NCBI GenBank assembly: GCA_017795005.1
Contig: CP051242.1
Location: 1,634,976 to 1,698,975 of the forward strand
DNA from: Balneolaceae bacterium
GTDB taxonomy: Bacteria; Bacteroidota; Rhodothermia; Balneolales; Balneolaceae
Length of the DNA stretch: 64,000 nucleotides
Reading direction: 5' to 3'
Part shown: piece after piece, positions 47,046 to 56,875 of the stretch
Layout of the letters: each line of letters opens with the position of its first letter
Numbering within the stretch: the first letter of the stretch is position 1
Program-made: the position numbers and the translations under genes
Notes under the pieces: generated by a model
What the model was told of the DNA's origin: nothing
The model's input: the letters and a program-made list of their open reading frames with translations, nothing else
Database searches by the model: none

Positions 47046-47058
47046 AGCACCATATCAA

Positions 47059-48798
47059 TCACTCCAATCTGATTTCAGCTACTCCCGAACCGCTTGGTAC
47101 CATCGGGAATACATTATTTTCTTTTCCAACCATTACTTCTAGGAAGTAGGCTCCATCATGATTTACAAATTCCTCTATAGCTGCTTCCAGATTATAACGT
47201 TCTGTTACTTTATTGGTTGGGATATAAAAGCCTTTGGCAATCGTTTGAAAATCCGGATTAATCATTTCTGTGGATGAGTAGCGTTTATCAAAAAACAGCT
47301 GTTGCCACTGCCGTACCATACCAAGAAATTCATTATTCAGCAGAAGTACTTTTACTTTTGCTTTGGTTTGATAGATAGTAGCGAGTTCCTGAAGTGTCAT
47401 CTGGAAACCACCATCCCCAACTACGGCAATAACTGTTCTTTCGGGAGCACCCAGAGCAGCCCCCAGCGCGGCAGGAAGACCGAAGCCCATAGTTCCAAGT
47501 CCGCCTGAGGTAATGTTGCTCTTCGATTGAGTGAATTTCGTATATCGGCAGGCTACCATCTGGTGCTGACCCACATCAGTTACCAAAATGTGATCTCCAC
47601 CGGTTTTATCGTTTATAATCCGAATTACCTCACCCATACTTAGAATCTCTGATTTTGGATGAAGTTCTTCATCAATTACTTTTTCCCATTCCTGTTTATC
47701 GCAATCACGGAAGCGTTGCAGCCATTCTTCATGACTATTTGGTTTTACCAGTTTTGTAAGTTCTGTAAGAGACTCTTTTGCATCACCGAGAACTGCAACG
47801 GTCGTTTTTACATTCTTATCGATTTCGGCAGGATCAATTTCAAGATGAATGACTTTTGCCTGCTTCGCATATTTCGAAAGATTTCCTGTTACCCGGTCAT
47901 CAAAGCGCATACCTATGGCGATTAATACATCACATTCATTAGTAAGCAAATTGGGTCCGTAGTTCCCATGCATTCCAAGCATGCCAACATTTAAGGGGTG
48001 ATCAGTTTCTAACGCTGAAAGCCCCATGATAGTCCATGCGGATGGGATTCCAGTCTTCTCGATAAAGGTTTTGAATTCTTTTTCAGCCTGAGCCAGAATC
48101 ACTCCCTGTCCAAACAGGATGTAAGGCCGTTCTGCATTGTTGATCAACTCAGCAGCTTCCTCAATCTTTGAAAGATCCAGTTTTGGTTTTTCGATATAAC
48201 TGCGAACAGACGTACATTTTATATAGTCAAAATCGAGTTCACCAAATTGGGCATCCTTGGTAATGTCTACTAAAACTGGTCCCGGGCGACCAGAGCGAGC
48301 AAGGTAAAAAGCTTTAGCAAGTGCATCAGGGATTTCTTCGGCTCGGGTTACCTGGTAATTCCATTTTGTAACCGGCATGGAAATACCAATTACATCCGTT
48401 TCCTGAAAAGCGTCACTTCCAAGAAGGGAAGAAGCAACCTGCCCTGTAATACAAACCACTGGGGTGGAATCGATTTGAGCATCTGCCAGTCCTGTAATTA
48501 AATTGGTAGCTCCGGGACCGGAAGTAGCAAGACATACCCCAACTTTGCCACAGGCGCGGGCATATCCTTGTGCGGCATGACTCGCACCTTGTTCATGGCG
48601 AGCAAGTACATGATGTATCTTTTCCTGATAATCATACAGAGAATCATAGACTGGCATAATTGCTCCACCCGGATATCCAAAAGCTAAATCGACGCCTTCT
48701 TCAATCAAAATTCGAACCACAGCTTCTGCACCGGTAATTCGTTCTGTATTAGATGTTTTTGATTTTGATGTTTGTTCGGGTGCTTCTACTGTTCCCAT
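47059..48798 (-). CDS. ilvB: acetolactate synthase large subunit
   Basis: 579 aa. TPP motif GDGGFQM...NN and N-terminal GYPGGAIMPVYD. Confidence 0.93.
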   Translation of the reverse strand: MGTVEAPEQTSKSKTSNTERITGAEAVVRILIEEGVDLAFGYPGGAIMPVYDSLYDYQEKIHHVLARHEQGASHAAQGYARACGKVGVCLATSGPGATNLITGLADAQIDSTPVVCITGQVASSLLGSDAFQETDVIGISMPVTKWNYQVTRAEEIPDALAKAFYLARSGRPGPVLVDITKDAQFGELDFDYIKCTSVRSYIEKPKLDLSKIEEAAELINNAERPYILFGQGVILAQAEKEFKTFIEKTGIPSAWTIMGLSALETDHPLNVGMLGMHGNYGPNLLTNECDVLIAIGMRFDDRVTGNLSKYAKQAKVIHLEIDPAEIDKNVKTTVAVLGDAKESLTELTKLVKPNSHEEWLQRFRDCDKQEWEKVIDEELHPKSEILSMGEVIRIINDKTGGDHILVTDVGQHQMVACRYTKFTQSKSNITSGGLGTMGFGLPAALGAALGAPERTVIAVVGDGGFQMTLQELATIYQTKAKVKVLLLNNEFLGMVRQWQQLFFDKRYSSTEMINPDFQTIAKGFYIPTNKVTERYNLEAAIEEFVNHDGAYFLEVMVGKENNVFPMVPSGSGVAEIRLE

Positions 48799-48822
48799 AA
48801 TGAGTGAGATTGAGTGAGTGTA

Positions 48823-50502
48823 TTAAAATTCATCGGTGATACAGCCTTTTGAGGCTGATGAAACGGTTTTAGCATATTTATACAGCTGTCCTCTTTTTTC
48901 TTTTAAAGGAGGCTCTTGCCATTCCGCTTTTCGTGATTCAAGTTCTTCATCACTTACATCTACGTGAATGGTATTCTTTTCGGCATCTATACTGATCAGA
49001 TCACCATCTTTAACCAAAGCGATATTTCCACCTGTTTGCGCTTCCGGAGTTACATGTCCAACTACAAAGCCATGTGAACCACCAGAAAATCTTCCATCAG
49101 TAATGAGTGCTACATCTTTTCCTAATCCGGCACCCATGATTGCAGATGTGGGCTTCAGCATTTCAGGCATTCCCGGACCACCTTTTGGGCCTACATATCG
49201 GATTACAATTACATCGCCTTTCTGAACCTTTCCTTTACTAATTCCTTCATTGGCTTCTTCTTCACTGTTAAAAACACGGGCAGGGCCGGAAAAAGCCAAA
49301 CCTTCTTTTCCGGTTATTTTGGCAACGGCGCCTTCTTCGGCAAGATTTCCATACAGAATCTGAATGTGGCCATTTGGTTTAATAGGATTATCCACTTTGT
49401 GAATTACATCCTGATCTACTTCAAGAGCATTTACTTCGGCTAAATTTTCAGCGATGGTTTTACCCGTAATGGTCATGCAATCGCCATGAAGCATACCTTC
49501 TTCAAGCATATATTTCATAACTGCAGGAATTCCACCCACGTTGTGAAGGTCTTCCATTACATATTTTCCACTTGGTTTTAAATCACCAAGAAAAGGAGTA
49601 GTGTCACTTATGTGCTGAAAATCTTTTAATGTAAATTCGATATCTGCTTCTTTTGCAATTGCGAGCATATGAAGTACCGCATTTGTAGATCCACCAAGCA
49701 CTGTAACTAATCGAAAGGCATTCTCCATCGATTTTTTAGTAAGGATATCTTTGGGCTTGATATCATTTTCAAGAAGTTTAATGAGGTGTTTGCCTACTTC
49801 TTCGCATTCGATAACTTTATCACTTCCATTAGCAGGGTTCGAAGCATTGTAGGGGAGAGTCATACCCATTGCTTCAATTGCCGATGCCATGGTATTTGCA
49901 GTATACATACCACCACATGCTCCCGGCCCGGGACAGGCATTCATCACAATATCTTTAAATTCCTGGTCGTCGATTGAACCGGATACTTTTTGTCCCCATG
50001 CTTCAAAAGCAGAAACTACATCCAGTTTTTGGCCATTGTGATGCCCCGGAGCAATCGTACCTCCATAAACTAAAATTGCAGGACGGTTCACTCTCAGCAT
50101 AGCCATTAATGCACCGGGCATGTTTTTGTCACACCCAACAATAGCAACCATCCCGTCATAACTCATCCCTTTCACTACCGATTCCATAGAATCAGCAATT
50201 AAGTCTCTGGAAGGAAGAGAGTACCGCATTCCCGGAGTTCCCATGGAGATTCCGTCACTAATTCCAATAGTATTGAAAATGAGCCCGGTCAAAGAAGATG
50301 CATTTACTCCACGCTTTACATGAACAGCAAGATCATTAAGGTGCATGTTACAAGGATTTCCCTCATAACCAGTACTGGCAACTCCAATCATTGGTTTTTT
50401 AAGATCTTCATCACTTAAACCAAGTGCATGTAGCATTGCCTGTGCGGCAGGTTGAGTTCCATCCTGTGTGATGTGTTTGCTGTATTTATTGAGTTCTGAC
50501 AT
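48823..50502 (-). CDS. ilvD: dihydroxy-acid dehydratase
   Basis: 559 aa with [16 protein letters not shown] and [11 protein letters not shown] motifs. Confidence 0.95.
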   Translation of the reverse strand: MSELNKYSKHITQDGTQPAAQAMLHALGLSDEDLKKPMIGVASTGYEGNPCNMHLNDLAVHVKRGVNASSLTGLIFNTIGISDGISMGTPGMRYSLPSRDLIADSMESVVKGMSYDGMVAIVGCDKNMPGALMAMLRVNRPAILVYGGTIAPGHHNGQKLDVVSAFEAWGQKVSGSIDDQEFKDIVMNACPGPGACGGMYTANTMASAIEAMGMTLPYNASNPANGSDKVIECEEVGKHLIKLLENDIKPKDILTKKSMENAFRLVTVLGGSTNAVLHMLAIAKEADIEFTLKDFQHISDTTPFLGDLKPSGKYVMEDLHNVGGIPAVMKYMLEEGMLHGDCMTITGKTIAENLAEVNALEVDQDVIHKVDNPIKPNGHIQILYGNLAEEGAVAKITGKEGLAFSGPARVFNSEEEANEGISKGKVQKGDVIVIRYVGPKGGPGMPEMLKPTSAIMGAGLGKDVALITDGRFSGGSHGFVVGHVTPEAQTGGNIALVKDGDLISIDAEKNTIHVDVSDEELESRKAEWQEPPLKEKRGQLYKYAKTVSSASKGCITDEF

Positions 50503-50525
50503 TCAGTAGTTCAAAAATATGGTTC

Positions 50526-50560
50526 AAAAAAAAAGCCTTCCGGTTCGGGAAGGCTTTTTA
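50526..50560 (-). terminator. attenuator terminator immediately upstream of ilvD
   Basis: On the minus strand it reads AAAAAGCCTTCCCGAACCGGAAGGCTTTTTTTTT, ending ~23 nt before the ilvD ATG. Confidence 0.6.
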
Positions 50561-50577
50561 GTTTCTAAAATGATTTA

Positions 50578-50655
50578 TCAACATATAGCTTTCCCTGATC
50601 GGTATGAAATACCAATGACTCGAATAATGACCAAAGAAATGACTGTTGATAGCAT
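50578..50655 (-). CDS. candidate ilv leader peptide (25 aa, Ile/Val/Leu-rich)
   Basis: Hand translation: MLSTVISLVIIRVIGISYRSGKAIC*. Ten of residues 5-15 are Ile, Val or Leu. It sits upstream of the terminator. Confidence 0.5.
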   Translation of the reverse strand: MLSTVISLVIIRVIGISYRSGKAIC

Positions 50656-50756
50656 AATTATAATTTCTTTACGCCAGCAAAGAAATAGCTAAAAGCGCCG
50701 AATATCAATAGAGGAGTGAAATAAATATCAGAATTAATGGAATGGCCAACTGAAAT

Positions 50757-52304
50757 TTAAGAACCACCACGAGGTTTAAATTTACCCTTTATGACTTCCT
50801 GAATAGGTTTATTATCAATTTTAGCCTCGAGCCATGATATGATGTCCAAATACAAAAATGCTCTTCTTTGATAAGGCATTTCCTGTATTTCAAGTAGCCT
50901 TTCCCGTAACTCAATGAACTTCTTTCGAAGTTCTGAGGCATTCGTAGAAGTAAGATTCCGAAGAAATTTAAGAATTTCTTCCTGAACCAAATTCAGGTCA
51001 TTCATCTTTCTTATGAAACGATAGGTTGAGCGAGCCTGATGTTCTATTAACGTCTCATTACCAAGTTCAAAATGAGCAATCAGATTCAGGATACGTGCAA
51101 AACAGTGAATATCTTCCCTTAGCCTAGGATCAGGATAATTAATGATCTTATTTAAATAGAAAATGGTTTCCTGAATTTTACCCGCTCCAAAGTACATACA
51201 GGCAATCTTGTAATAAAACACTAAAATTCGGTGTGGATCGATCCTGCTTTCAAATTTTTCGATCTGGTCATTTAATTCCGGGATGATTATAAGTCCTTGC
51301 GTAAAAGTGCCGGTAATAAAATGCTGATTAATTAACGAGGTATAGTAATATTGAAATCCAAGGGTATCTAAATTTTCATTTGATCGGGTAGGAGGGTTAT
51401 CAAGAAATTCCTTCAATCTTTGAACTTCCTCAGCATGTTTTTCATCATGTCCAAGAATGAAAAGGGCTTCGAGAAGCACATGCATTCCTTTCAGATACCA
51501 GATCGATTCCAGTTCCAGCATTTCCGGGTTTTTACGAAAGTGTTCCACCCATTTTTGTGCATATCGATACTGCATCAGGAAGTCCTGGACAATAAGGCTG
51601 TACCAGGCAAAAGATACATTCAGGTAGTGTTTTTCGAAAAAACCGATATTTGTTAAGTCTATTTCTGAGAGTGCGTTATCGAAGAATTTTTCGGTGATGT
51701 CAAAATCTCGCTCACTTCGTACATGACCTGCTTTTACATAAATTCCATAAAGTCTCAAAGCCAGATTTGATAGTGCATGATACCGGCTGACAGACCCAAC
51801 AGATACTTCTGTTTCCTCTATAAGTTGATCCGCTCTGTTTCTTAAACTTCGTGTGATATACTGTGACTCAATAAGCTTTTCAAAACCAAGAATTTCTGAG
51901 GTAAGAGTAATTCTATGATTATTTTGAGAAATTGATTTGGCTTTATCAAGGATTTTCAGGCTTTGTTTGTAAAGGCCTTTGTCGTATAAAATCCGTGCAT
52001 AATCGATTTGCTCTCTTAGTTGTATATCGATGTTATGGTTTACATAAGTCAGACGAAGGCTTGTAAGAATTTGTCGGTAAAGATGAGCTTTTAAGTTAGA
52101 GAGTTGTGTTTTTTTTAGATCAATAATTTTTTTAACAATTACTTCTTCGTCATAGTCTTTGGCTTTATCTACAGCATCAAATAGCTGAATAAATTTAGCG
52201 TCTTCAGGACTATTTCTGGTGGCATAAATCTTAAAACTCCGTTTCTCAGACTTGGAAAGGGACTTAATTAACTGATATAAATGATCATTTGGTTGGTTGG
52301 CCAT
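50757..52304 (-). CDS. conserved hypothetical all-helical (TPR-like) protein
   Basis: 515 aa with an N-terminal LIKSLSKSEKRSFKIYA motif. It lies between the ilv and leu operons, divergent from leuA. Confidence 0.6.
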   Translation of the reverse strand: MANQPNDHLYQLIKSLSKSEKRSFKIYATRNSPEDAKFIQLFDAVDKAKDYDEEVIVKKIIDLKKTQLSNLKAHLYRQILTSLRLTYVNHNIDIQLREQIDYARILYDKGLYKQSLKILDKAKSISQNNHRITLTSEILGFEKLIESQYITRSLRNRADQLIEETEVSVGSVSRYHALSNLALRLYGIYVKAGHVRSERDFDITEKFFDNALSEIDLTNIGFFEKHYLNVSFAWYSLIVQDFLMQYRYAQKWVEHFRKNPEMLELESIWYLKGMHVLLEALFILGHDEKHAEEVQRLKEFLDNPPTRSNENLDTLGFQYYYTSLINQHFITGTFTQGLIIIPELNDQIEKFESRIDPHRILVFYYKIACMYFGAGKIQETIFYLNKIINYPDPRLREDIHCFARILNLIAHFELGNETLIEHQARSTYRFIRKMNDLNLVQEEILKFLRNLTSTNASELRKKFIELRERLLEIQEMPYQRRAFLYLDIISWLEAKIDNKPIQEVIKGKFKPRGGS

Positions 52305-52512
52305 TGTAGAAAAAAAGAGTTTTTATGGTATCTAAAATATTGTAATTAATGATTTTAATTTTTTAACAACCTTTTTTGGCGATCGTTGGTTGTTGTAATA
52401 TACAAGTATTTCAGTTTCGTAAGTAGATGTAGTCCAATTACTTTCAAATACCAATTACGGATTCTGACCAATTCTGTAATGACAAGTTGATAAGTTAGAA
52501 ATCACTAGTACA

Positions 52513-53676
52513 ATGCCAAACAAGAGAATTCAGATTTTTGACACTACTCTCAGAGATGGTGAACAAGTTCCGGGATGCCAGCTTAATACTGAAGAAAAGA
52601 TTGAGGTGGCACAGGCATTAGAAAGTCTCGGAGTGGATGTGATGGAAGTAGGATTTCCGATTTCTAGTCCGGGGGATTTTGAATCCGTTCAAAAGATTGC
52701 CTCAATCATTAAAAACTCAACAGTTTGCGCTCTCTCGCGAGCCGTTGAAAAGGACATCGAAGTAGCAGCTGAAGCAATAGCAAAAGCAGCACGTCCACGA
52801 ATTCACACCGGTATTGGAACATCAGATAGTCATATCTTTGATAAGTTGAAGTCTACCCGCGAAAACGTTTTGGAACGCGGAGTAGCGGCCGTCAAATATG
52901 CTAAGCGTTTTGTAGAAGATGTAGAATTCTATGCAGAAGATGCCGGAAGAACGGATAATGAATATCTTGCTCAGGTAATTGAAGCGGTAATTGCAGCAGG
53001 AGCTACAGTGGTAAATATCCCTGACACAACCGGATATTGTCTTCCATGGCAATATGGTGAGAAGATCAAATTCCTTAAAGAGAATGTTATAGGCATTGAT
53101 AATGCTATTATTTCAACTCACTGCCATAACGATCTTGGATTGGCAACGGCAAATTCTATTGCAGGTGTTGCAAACGGAGCCGGACAAATTGAATGTACCA
53201 TCAATGGGATCGGAGAACGTGCCGGTAATGCTTCTTTGGAAGAAGTTGTTATGATTCTTCGTCAGCACAGTGATTTAAAATTTGATACAGGGATAAACAC
53301 TAAGTGTTTAAAATCGATGAGTGAACTGGTTTCAACAAAAATGAGAATGCCTGTTCAGCCAAACAAAGCAATTGTTGGGGCTAATGCATTTGCACACTCA
53401 TCAGGTATTCATCAAGACGGGGTAATTAAAAGTCGTGAGACCTATGAAATTATCGATCCATTGGAAGTTGGTGTGGACGAGTCTTCTATCGTACTCACAG
53501 CCAGAAGTGGTCGTGCAGCTCTTAATTACCGGGCAAAAAAACTTGGTTTCGATGTACCCAGAGAAGTAATAGAAGAGCTTTACAAGCAATTTCTGGTAAT
53601 AGCCGATGAAAAGAAAGTCGTGCAGGATTCTGATTTAATCGTACTTTTCTCTCAAACAGCAGTTAAAACAGCCTAA
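52513..53676 (+). CDS. leuA: 2-isopropylmalate synthase, short form (no C-terminal LeuA-dimer/regulatory domain)
   Basis: 387 aa with [10 protein letters not shown] and HCHNDLGLA motifs. It is directly followed by leuCDB. Confidence 0.82.
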   Translation: MPNKRIQIFDTTLRDGEQVPGCQLNTEEKIEVAQALESLGVDVMEVGFPISSPGDFESVQKIASIIKNSTVCALSRAVEKDIEVAAEAIAKAARPRIHTGIGTSDSHIFDKLKSTRENVLERGVAAVKYAKRFVEDVEFYAEDAGRTDNEYLAQVIEAVIAAGATVVNIPDTTGYCLPWQYGEKIKFLKENVIGIDNAIISTHCHNDLGLATANSIAGVANGAGQIECTINGIGERAGNASLEEVVMILRQHSDLKFDTGINTKCLKSMSELVSTKMRMPVQPNKAIVGANAFAHSSGIHQDGVIKSRETYEIIDPLEVGVDESSIVLTARSGRAALNYRAKKLGFDVPREVIEELYKQFLVIADEKKVVQDSDLIVLFSQTAVKTA

Positions 53677-53683
53677 GGAGTTT

Positions 53684-55093
53684 ATGGGCAAAACATTATT
53701 CGAGAAAGTCTGGGATCGACATGTAGTTGACACGGTTCAGGGCGGATTAGAGATTTTATACATCGATCGACATTTCATTCATGAAGTAACAAGTCCTCAG
53801 GCTTTTGATGGCATTCGAAATCGTGGCATAGATATTTTCAGAAAAGAACGAATTGTAGCTACAGCTGATCATAATGTGCCAACCAAAGATCAGCACCTCC
53901 CAATTAAAGATGTACTTTCAAGATTTCAGGTAGATACCCTTACCAGAAACTGTAAAGAATTCGGAATAGATCTGTATGGGTTAGGGCATAAATATCAGGG
54001 AATAGTACATGTAATAGGTCCTGAACTTGGAATTACCAAGCCAGGAATGACCATCGTTTGTGGTGATAGTCATACTTCAACTCATGGAGCATTCGGAACC
54101 ATTGCTTTTGGAATTGGGACCTCACAGGTAGAACAAGTAATGGCAACGCAGTGTTTATTACTTCAGCGACCTAAAACAATGCGGATCAATATTGAAGGTG
54201 AGCTTGGTGAAGGAATCTATTCCAAAGATATTATCCTATACATTATTTCTAAACTAACTACTTCGGGTGGTACCGGACATTTTGTAGAATATGCAGGCTC
54301 AGCAATTCGCTCACTTTCGATGGAAGCCAGAATGACAATCTGTAACATGAGTATTGAAATGGGGGCACGTGGGGGAATGATCGCTCCCGATGAAACTACG
54401 TTCGAATATGTAAAGGGAAGGAAACATGCTCCTAAGGGAGAAGAATTTGATAAAGCAGTTGAATTCTGGAGTAATTTATATTCAGATGAAGATGCAGTAT
54501 TTGATTCAGAGTATACTTTCCAGGCAGAAGATATTGAACCGATGATCACCTATGGAACCAATCCTGGAATGGGAATCGGTGTTACTCAGAATATTCCAAG
54601 GATTGAAGAAGTTAAAAATCCATCTGGACTTCAAAAGTCATTGGACTACATGGGATTAGAACCGGGTGAGAACTTACTTGGTAAAAAAATTGATCACGTA
54701 TTTATTGGAAGTTGTACCAACAGTCGTATTGAAGATATTAGAATTGTAGCTGAATATGTAAAGGGGAAAAAGAAAGCCTCTCATGTACAAGCGATGATTG
54801 TACCCGGATCAAAACAGGTAGAGGCTCAAGCCAAAGAAGAAGGTATCCATGAAATTCTGGCTGAAGCTGGATTTGAACTTCGTGAACCTGGTTGTTCAGC
54901 TTGTCTGGGAATGAATGAAGACAAAATTCCTAAAGGAGAATATTGTGTATCCACTTCGAACCGAAACTTTGAAGGTAGACAAGGCCCCGGAGCAAGAACA
55001 ATGTTGGTAAGTCCTTTAACTGCTGCAGTTATTGCTGTGGAAGGTAGGATAGTGGATGCCCGTGAATACATTGGAGAAGGAGTACCGGCTTAA
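53684..55093 (+). CDS. leuC: 3-isopropylmalate dehydratase large subunit
   Basis: 469 aa with aconitase-family Cys motifs GSCTNSR and CSACLGMN. Confidence 0.95.
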   Translation: MGKTLFEKVWDRHVVDTVQGGLEILYIDRHFIHEVTSPQAFDGIRNRGIDIFRKERIVATADHNVPTKDQHLPIKDVLSRFQVDTLTRNCKEFGIDLYGLGHKYQGIVHVIGPELGITKPGMTIVCGDSHTSTHGAFGTIAFGIGTSQVEQVMATQCLLLQRPKTMRINIEGELGEGIYSKDIILYIISKLTTSGGTGHFVEYAGSAIRSLSMEARMTICNMSIEMGARGGMIAPDETTFEYVKGRKHAPKGEEFDKAVEFWSNLYSDEDAVFDSEYTFQAEDIEPMITYGTNPGMGIGVTQNIPRIEEVKNPSGLQKSLDYMGLEPGENLLGKKIDHVFIGSCTNSRIEDIRIVAEYVKGKKKASHVQAMIVPGSKQVEAQAKEEGIHEILAEAGFELREPGCSACLGMNEDKIPKGEYCVSTSNRNFEGRQGPGARTMLVSPLTAAVIAVEGRIVDAREYIGEGVPA

Positions 55094-55686
55094 TGGAGAA
55101 ATTTGTAAAACTTACTACACAGGTTGTTCCACTTGCAGTAGAAGATGTGGATACAGATCAAATTATACCTGCCCGATTTTTAAAGGCAACTTCCAGAGAT
55201 GGTTTTGGCGAAAACCTGTTTAGGGATTGGAGATTTGATCAGGAGGGAAATCCAAAAATTGATTTTGTACTGAACAATAACACTTATTCTGGTTCGGTAT
55301 TGATAGCTGGAAATAATTTTGGCTGTGGATCAAGTAGGGAGCATGCGGCCTGGGCATTGGTTGATTATGGATTCAGAGCAGTTGTCTCCAGTTTTTTTGC
55401 AGACATATTTAAAGGAAATGCACTAAACAACGGATTATTACCAGTTCAGGTGACACCAGAGTTTTTAGAAGCAGTTTTTGATCAGATCGAAAAGGATCAT
55501 AATACTGAGATTGCCATCGATTTAGAGGAGCAAATCATTAAAGTACCAGGAACCGGATTATCCCAAACCTTTGAGATAAATCCCTATAAAAAAATGTGTT
55601 TGCTTAATGGGTACGATGATATCGATTTTCTTATCAGTAACAAGGAAAAAATAGAGGCGTTCGAAAAAGAACACTTGGAGTTTTAA
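55093..55686 (+). CDS. leuD: 3-isopropylmalate dehydratase small subunit
   Basis: 197 aa with [13 protein letters not shown]. It has a TAATG overlap with leuC. Confidence 0.93.
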   Translation: MEKFVKLTTQVVPLAVEDVDTDQIIPARFLKATSRDGFGENLFRDWRFDQEGNPKIDFVLNNNTYSGSVLIAGNNFGCGSSREHAAWALVDYGFRAVVSSFFADIFKGNALNNGLLPVQVTPEFLEAVFDQIEKDHNTEIAIDLEEQIIKVPGTGLSQTFEINPYKKMCLLNGYDDIDFLISNKEKIEAFEKEHLEF

Positions 55687-55690
55687 AAAC

Positions 55691-56806
55691 ATGGAAAAAC
55701 GCATAGCAGTACTTGCGGGGGACGGTATTGGGTCGGAAGTAATAAAACAGGCCATAAAAGTTTTAGATGCAGTATCACATCGGTTTAAACATACCTTTAC
55801 TTATGATTTTGCTTTGGTAGGAGCTGCAGCAATAGATGAAACCGGAGATCCACTACCTGAAGAAACTATAGAAGCATGTCGTCTTGCAGACGCTGTACTT
55901 TTTGGTGCCATTGGTGATCCAAAGTATGACGATGATCCAAAAGCTAAAGTCCGACCGGAACAAGGGTTATTAAAACTGAGAAAAAGTTTGGGTTTGTATG
56001 CGAACATTCGACCTGTTCAGCTATTCGAGTCTTTAATAGATCGATCTCCATTAAGAGAAGACCGGATTTCCGGAACCGACTTAGTCGTATATCGTGAGCT
56101 TACAGGAGGAATTTATTTCGGAAATAAAGGAAGGAGTGAGGACGGGAAATCAGCTTTCGATCATTGCGATTATACGGTAGAGGAAATAACAAGAATCGCA
56201 ACAATGGCTTTTGAAGCAGCAGGCAGACGAAGAAAAAAACTCACCTTGGTCGACAAAGCTAATGTTTTAGAAACCTCTCGTTTATGGAGAGAAACTGTTC
56301 AAAAGTTAGCTGAGAAATACCCAGAGATTGAGGTTGAATATCTGTTTGTGGATAACGCCGCTATGCAGGTGATACAGCGTCCAAATCAGTTTGATGTAAT
56401 ACTAACTGAAAATATGTTCGGCGATATTATATCAGACGAAACGAGTGTGATTACGGGATCAATTGGTTTATTACCTTCGGCTTCTGTTGGAGAACAAACT
56501 TCATTATTTGAGCCTATCCATGGAAGTTACCCACAGGCAGCAGGTAAAGACATAGCAAATCCTGTAGCGACCATTCTTTCAGTTGCGATGTTGCTTGAAA
56601 GTCTGGAAATGTTCGATGAAGCCAAAAGAGTAAGATCTACAGTAAATAAGGTTATCGAAAAGGGATTAGTAACTCCTGATCTTAATCCTGAGGATTTCAT
56701 TTCATGCTCTAAAGTAGGAGATATTATTGCTCTTCTTATTGAATCCGATTTAGATGACGATACTTCTTTTGAGAATTTGTTTGAAGGAAAGTTGCCATTG
56801 ATTTGA
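55691..56806 (+). CDS. leuB: 3-isopropylmalate dehydrogenase
   Basis: 371 aa with the NMFGDIISDE motif. Confidence 0.95.
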   Translation: MEKRIAVLAGDGIGSEVIKQAIKVLDAVSHRFKHTFTYDFALVGAAAIDETGDPLPEETIEACRLADAVLFGAIGDPKYDDDPKAKVRPEQGLLKLRKSLGLYANIRPVQLFESLIDRSPLREDRISGTDLVVYRELTGGIYFGNKGRSEDGKSAFDHCDYTVEEITRIATMAFEAAGRRRKKLTLVDKANVLETSRLWRETVQKLAEKYPEIEVEYLFVDNAAMQVIQRPNQFDVILTENMFGDIISDETSVITGSIGLLPSASVGEQTSLFEPIHGSYPQAAGKDIANPVATILSVAMLLESLEMFDEAKRVRSTVNKVIEKGLVTPDLNPEDFISCSKVGDIIALLIESDLDDDTSFENLFEGKLPLI

Positions 56807-56875
56807 TGACAGGAACTTAATTGGGTGCAGATAGTTATTTTTATTAGTTTAAAAATATAACCGACTCTTCCAATT

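Noticed and set aside
52305-52512. Possible leucine leader peptide or attenuator upstream of leuA (mini-ORFs MVSKIL* and MILIF*, hairpin AACAACC...GGTTGTT)
   Set aside because: The mini-ORFs contain at most one or two Leu codons. The hairpin has a 14-nt loop and no downstream T-run. This does not meet the standard applied to the ilvD leader.
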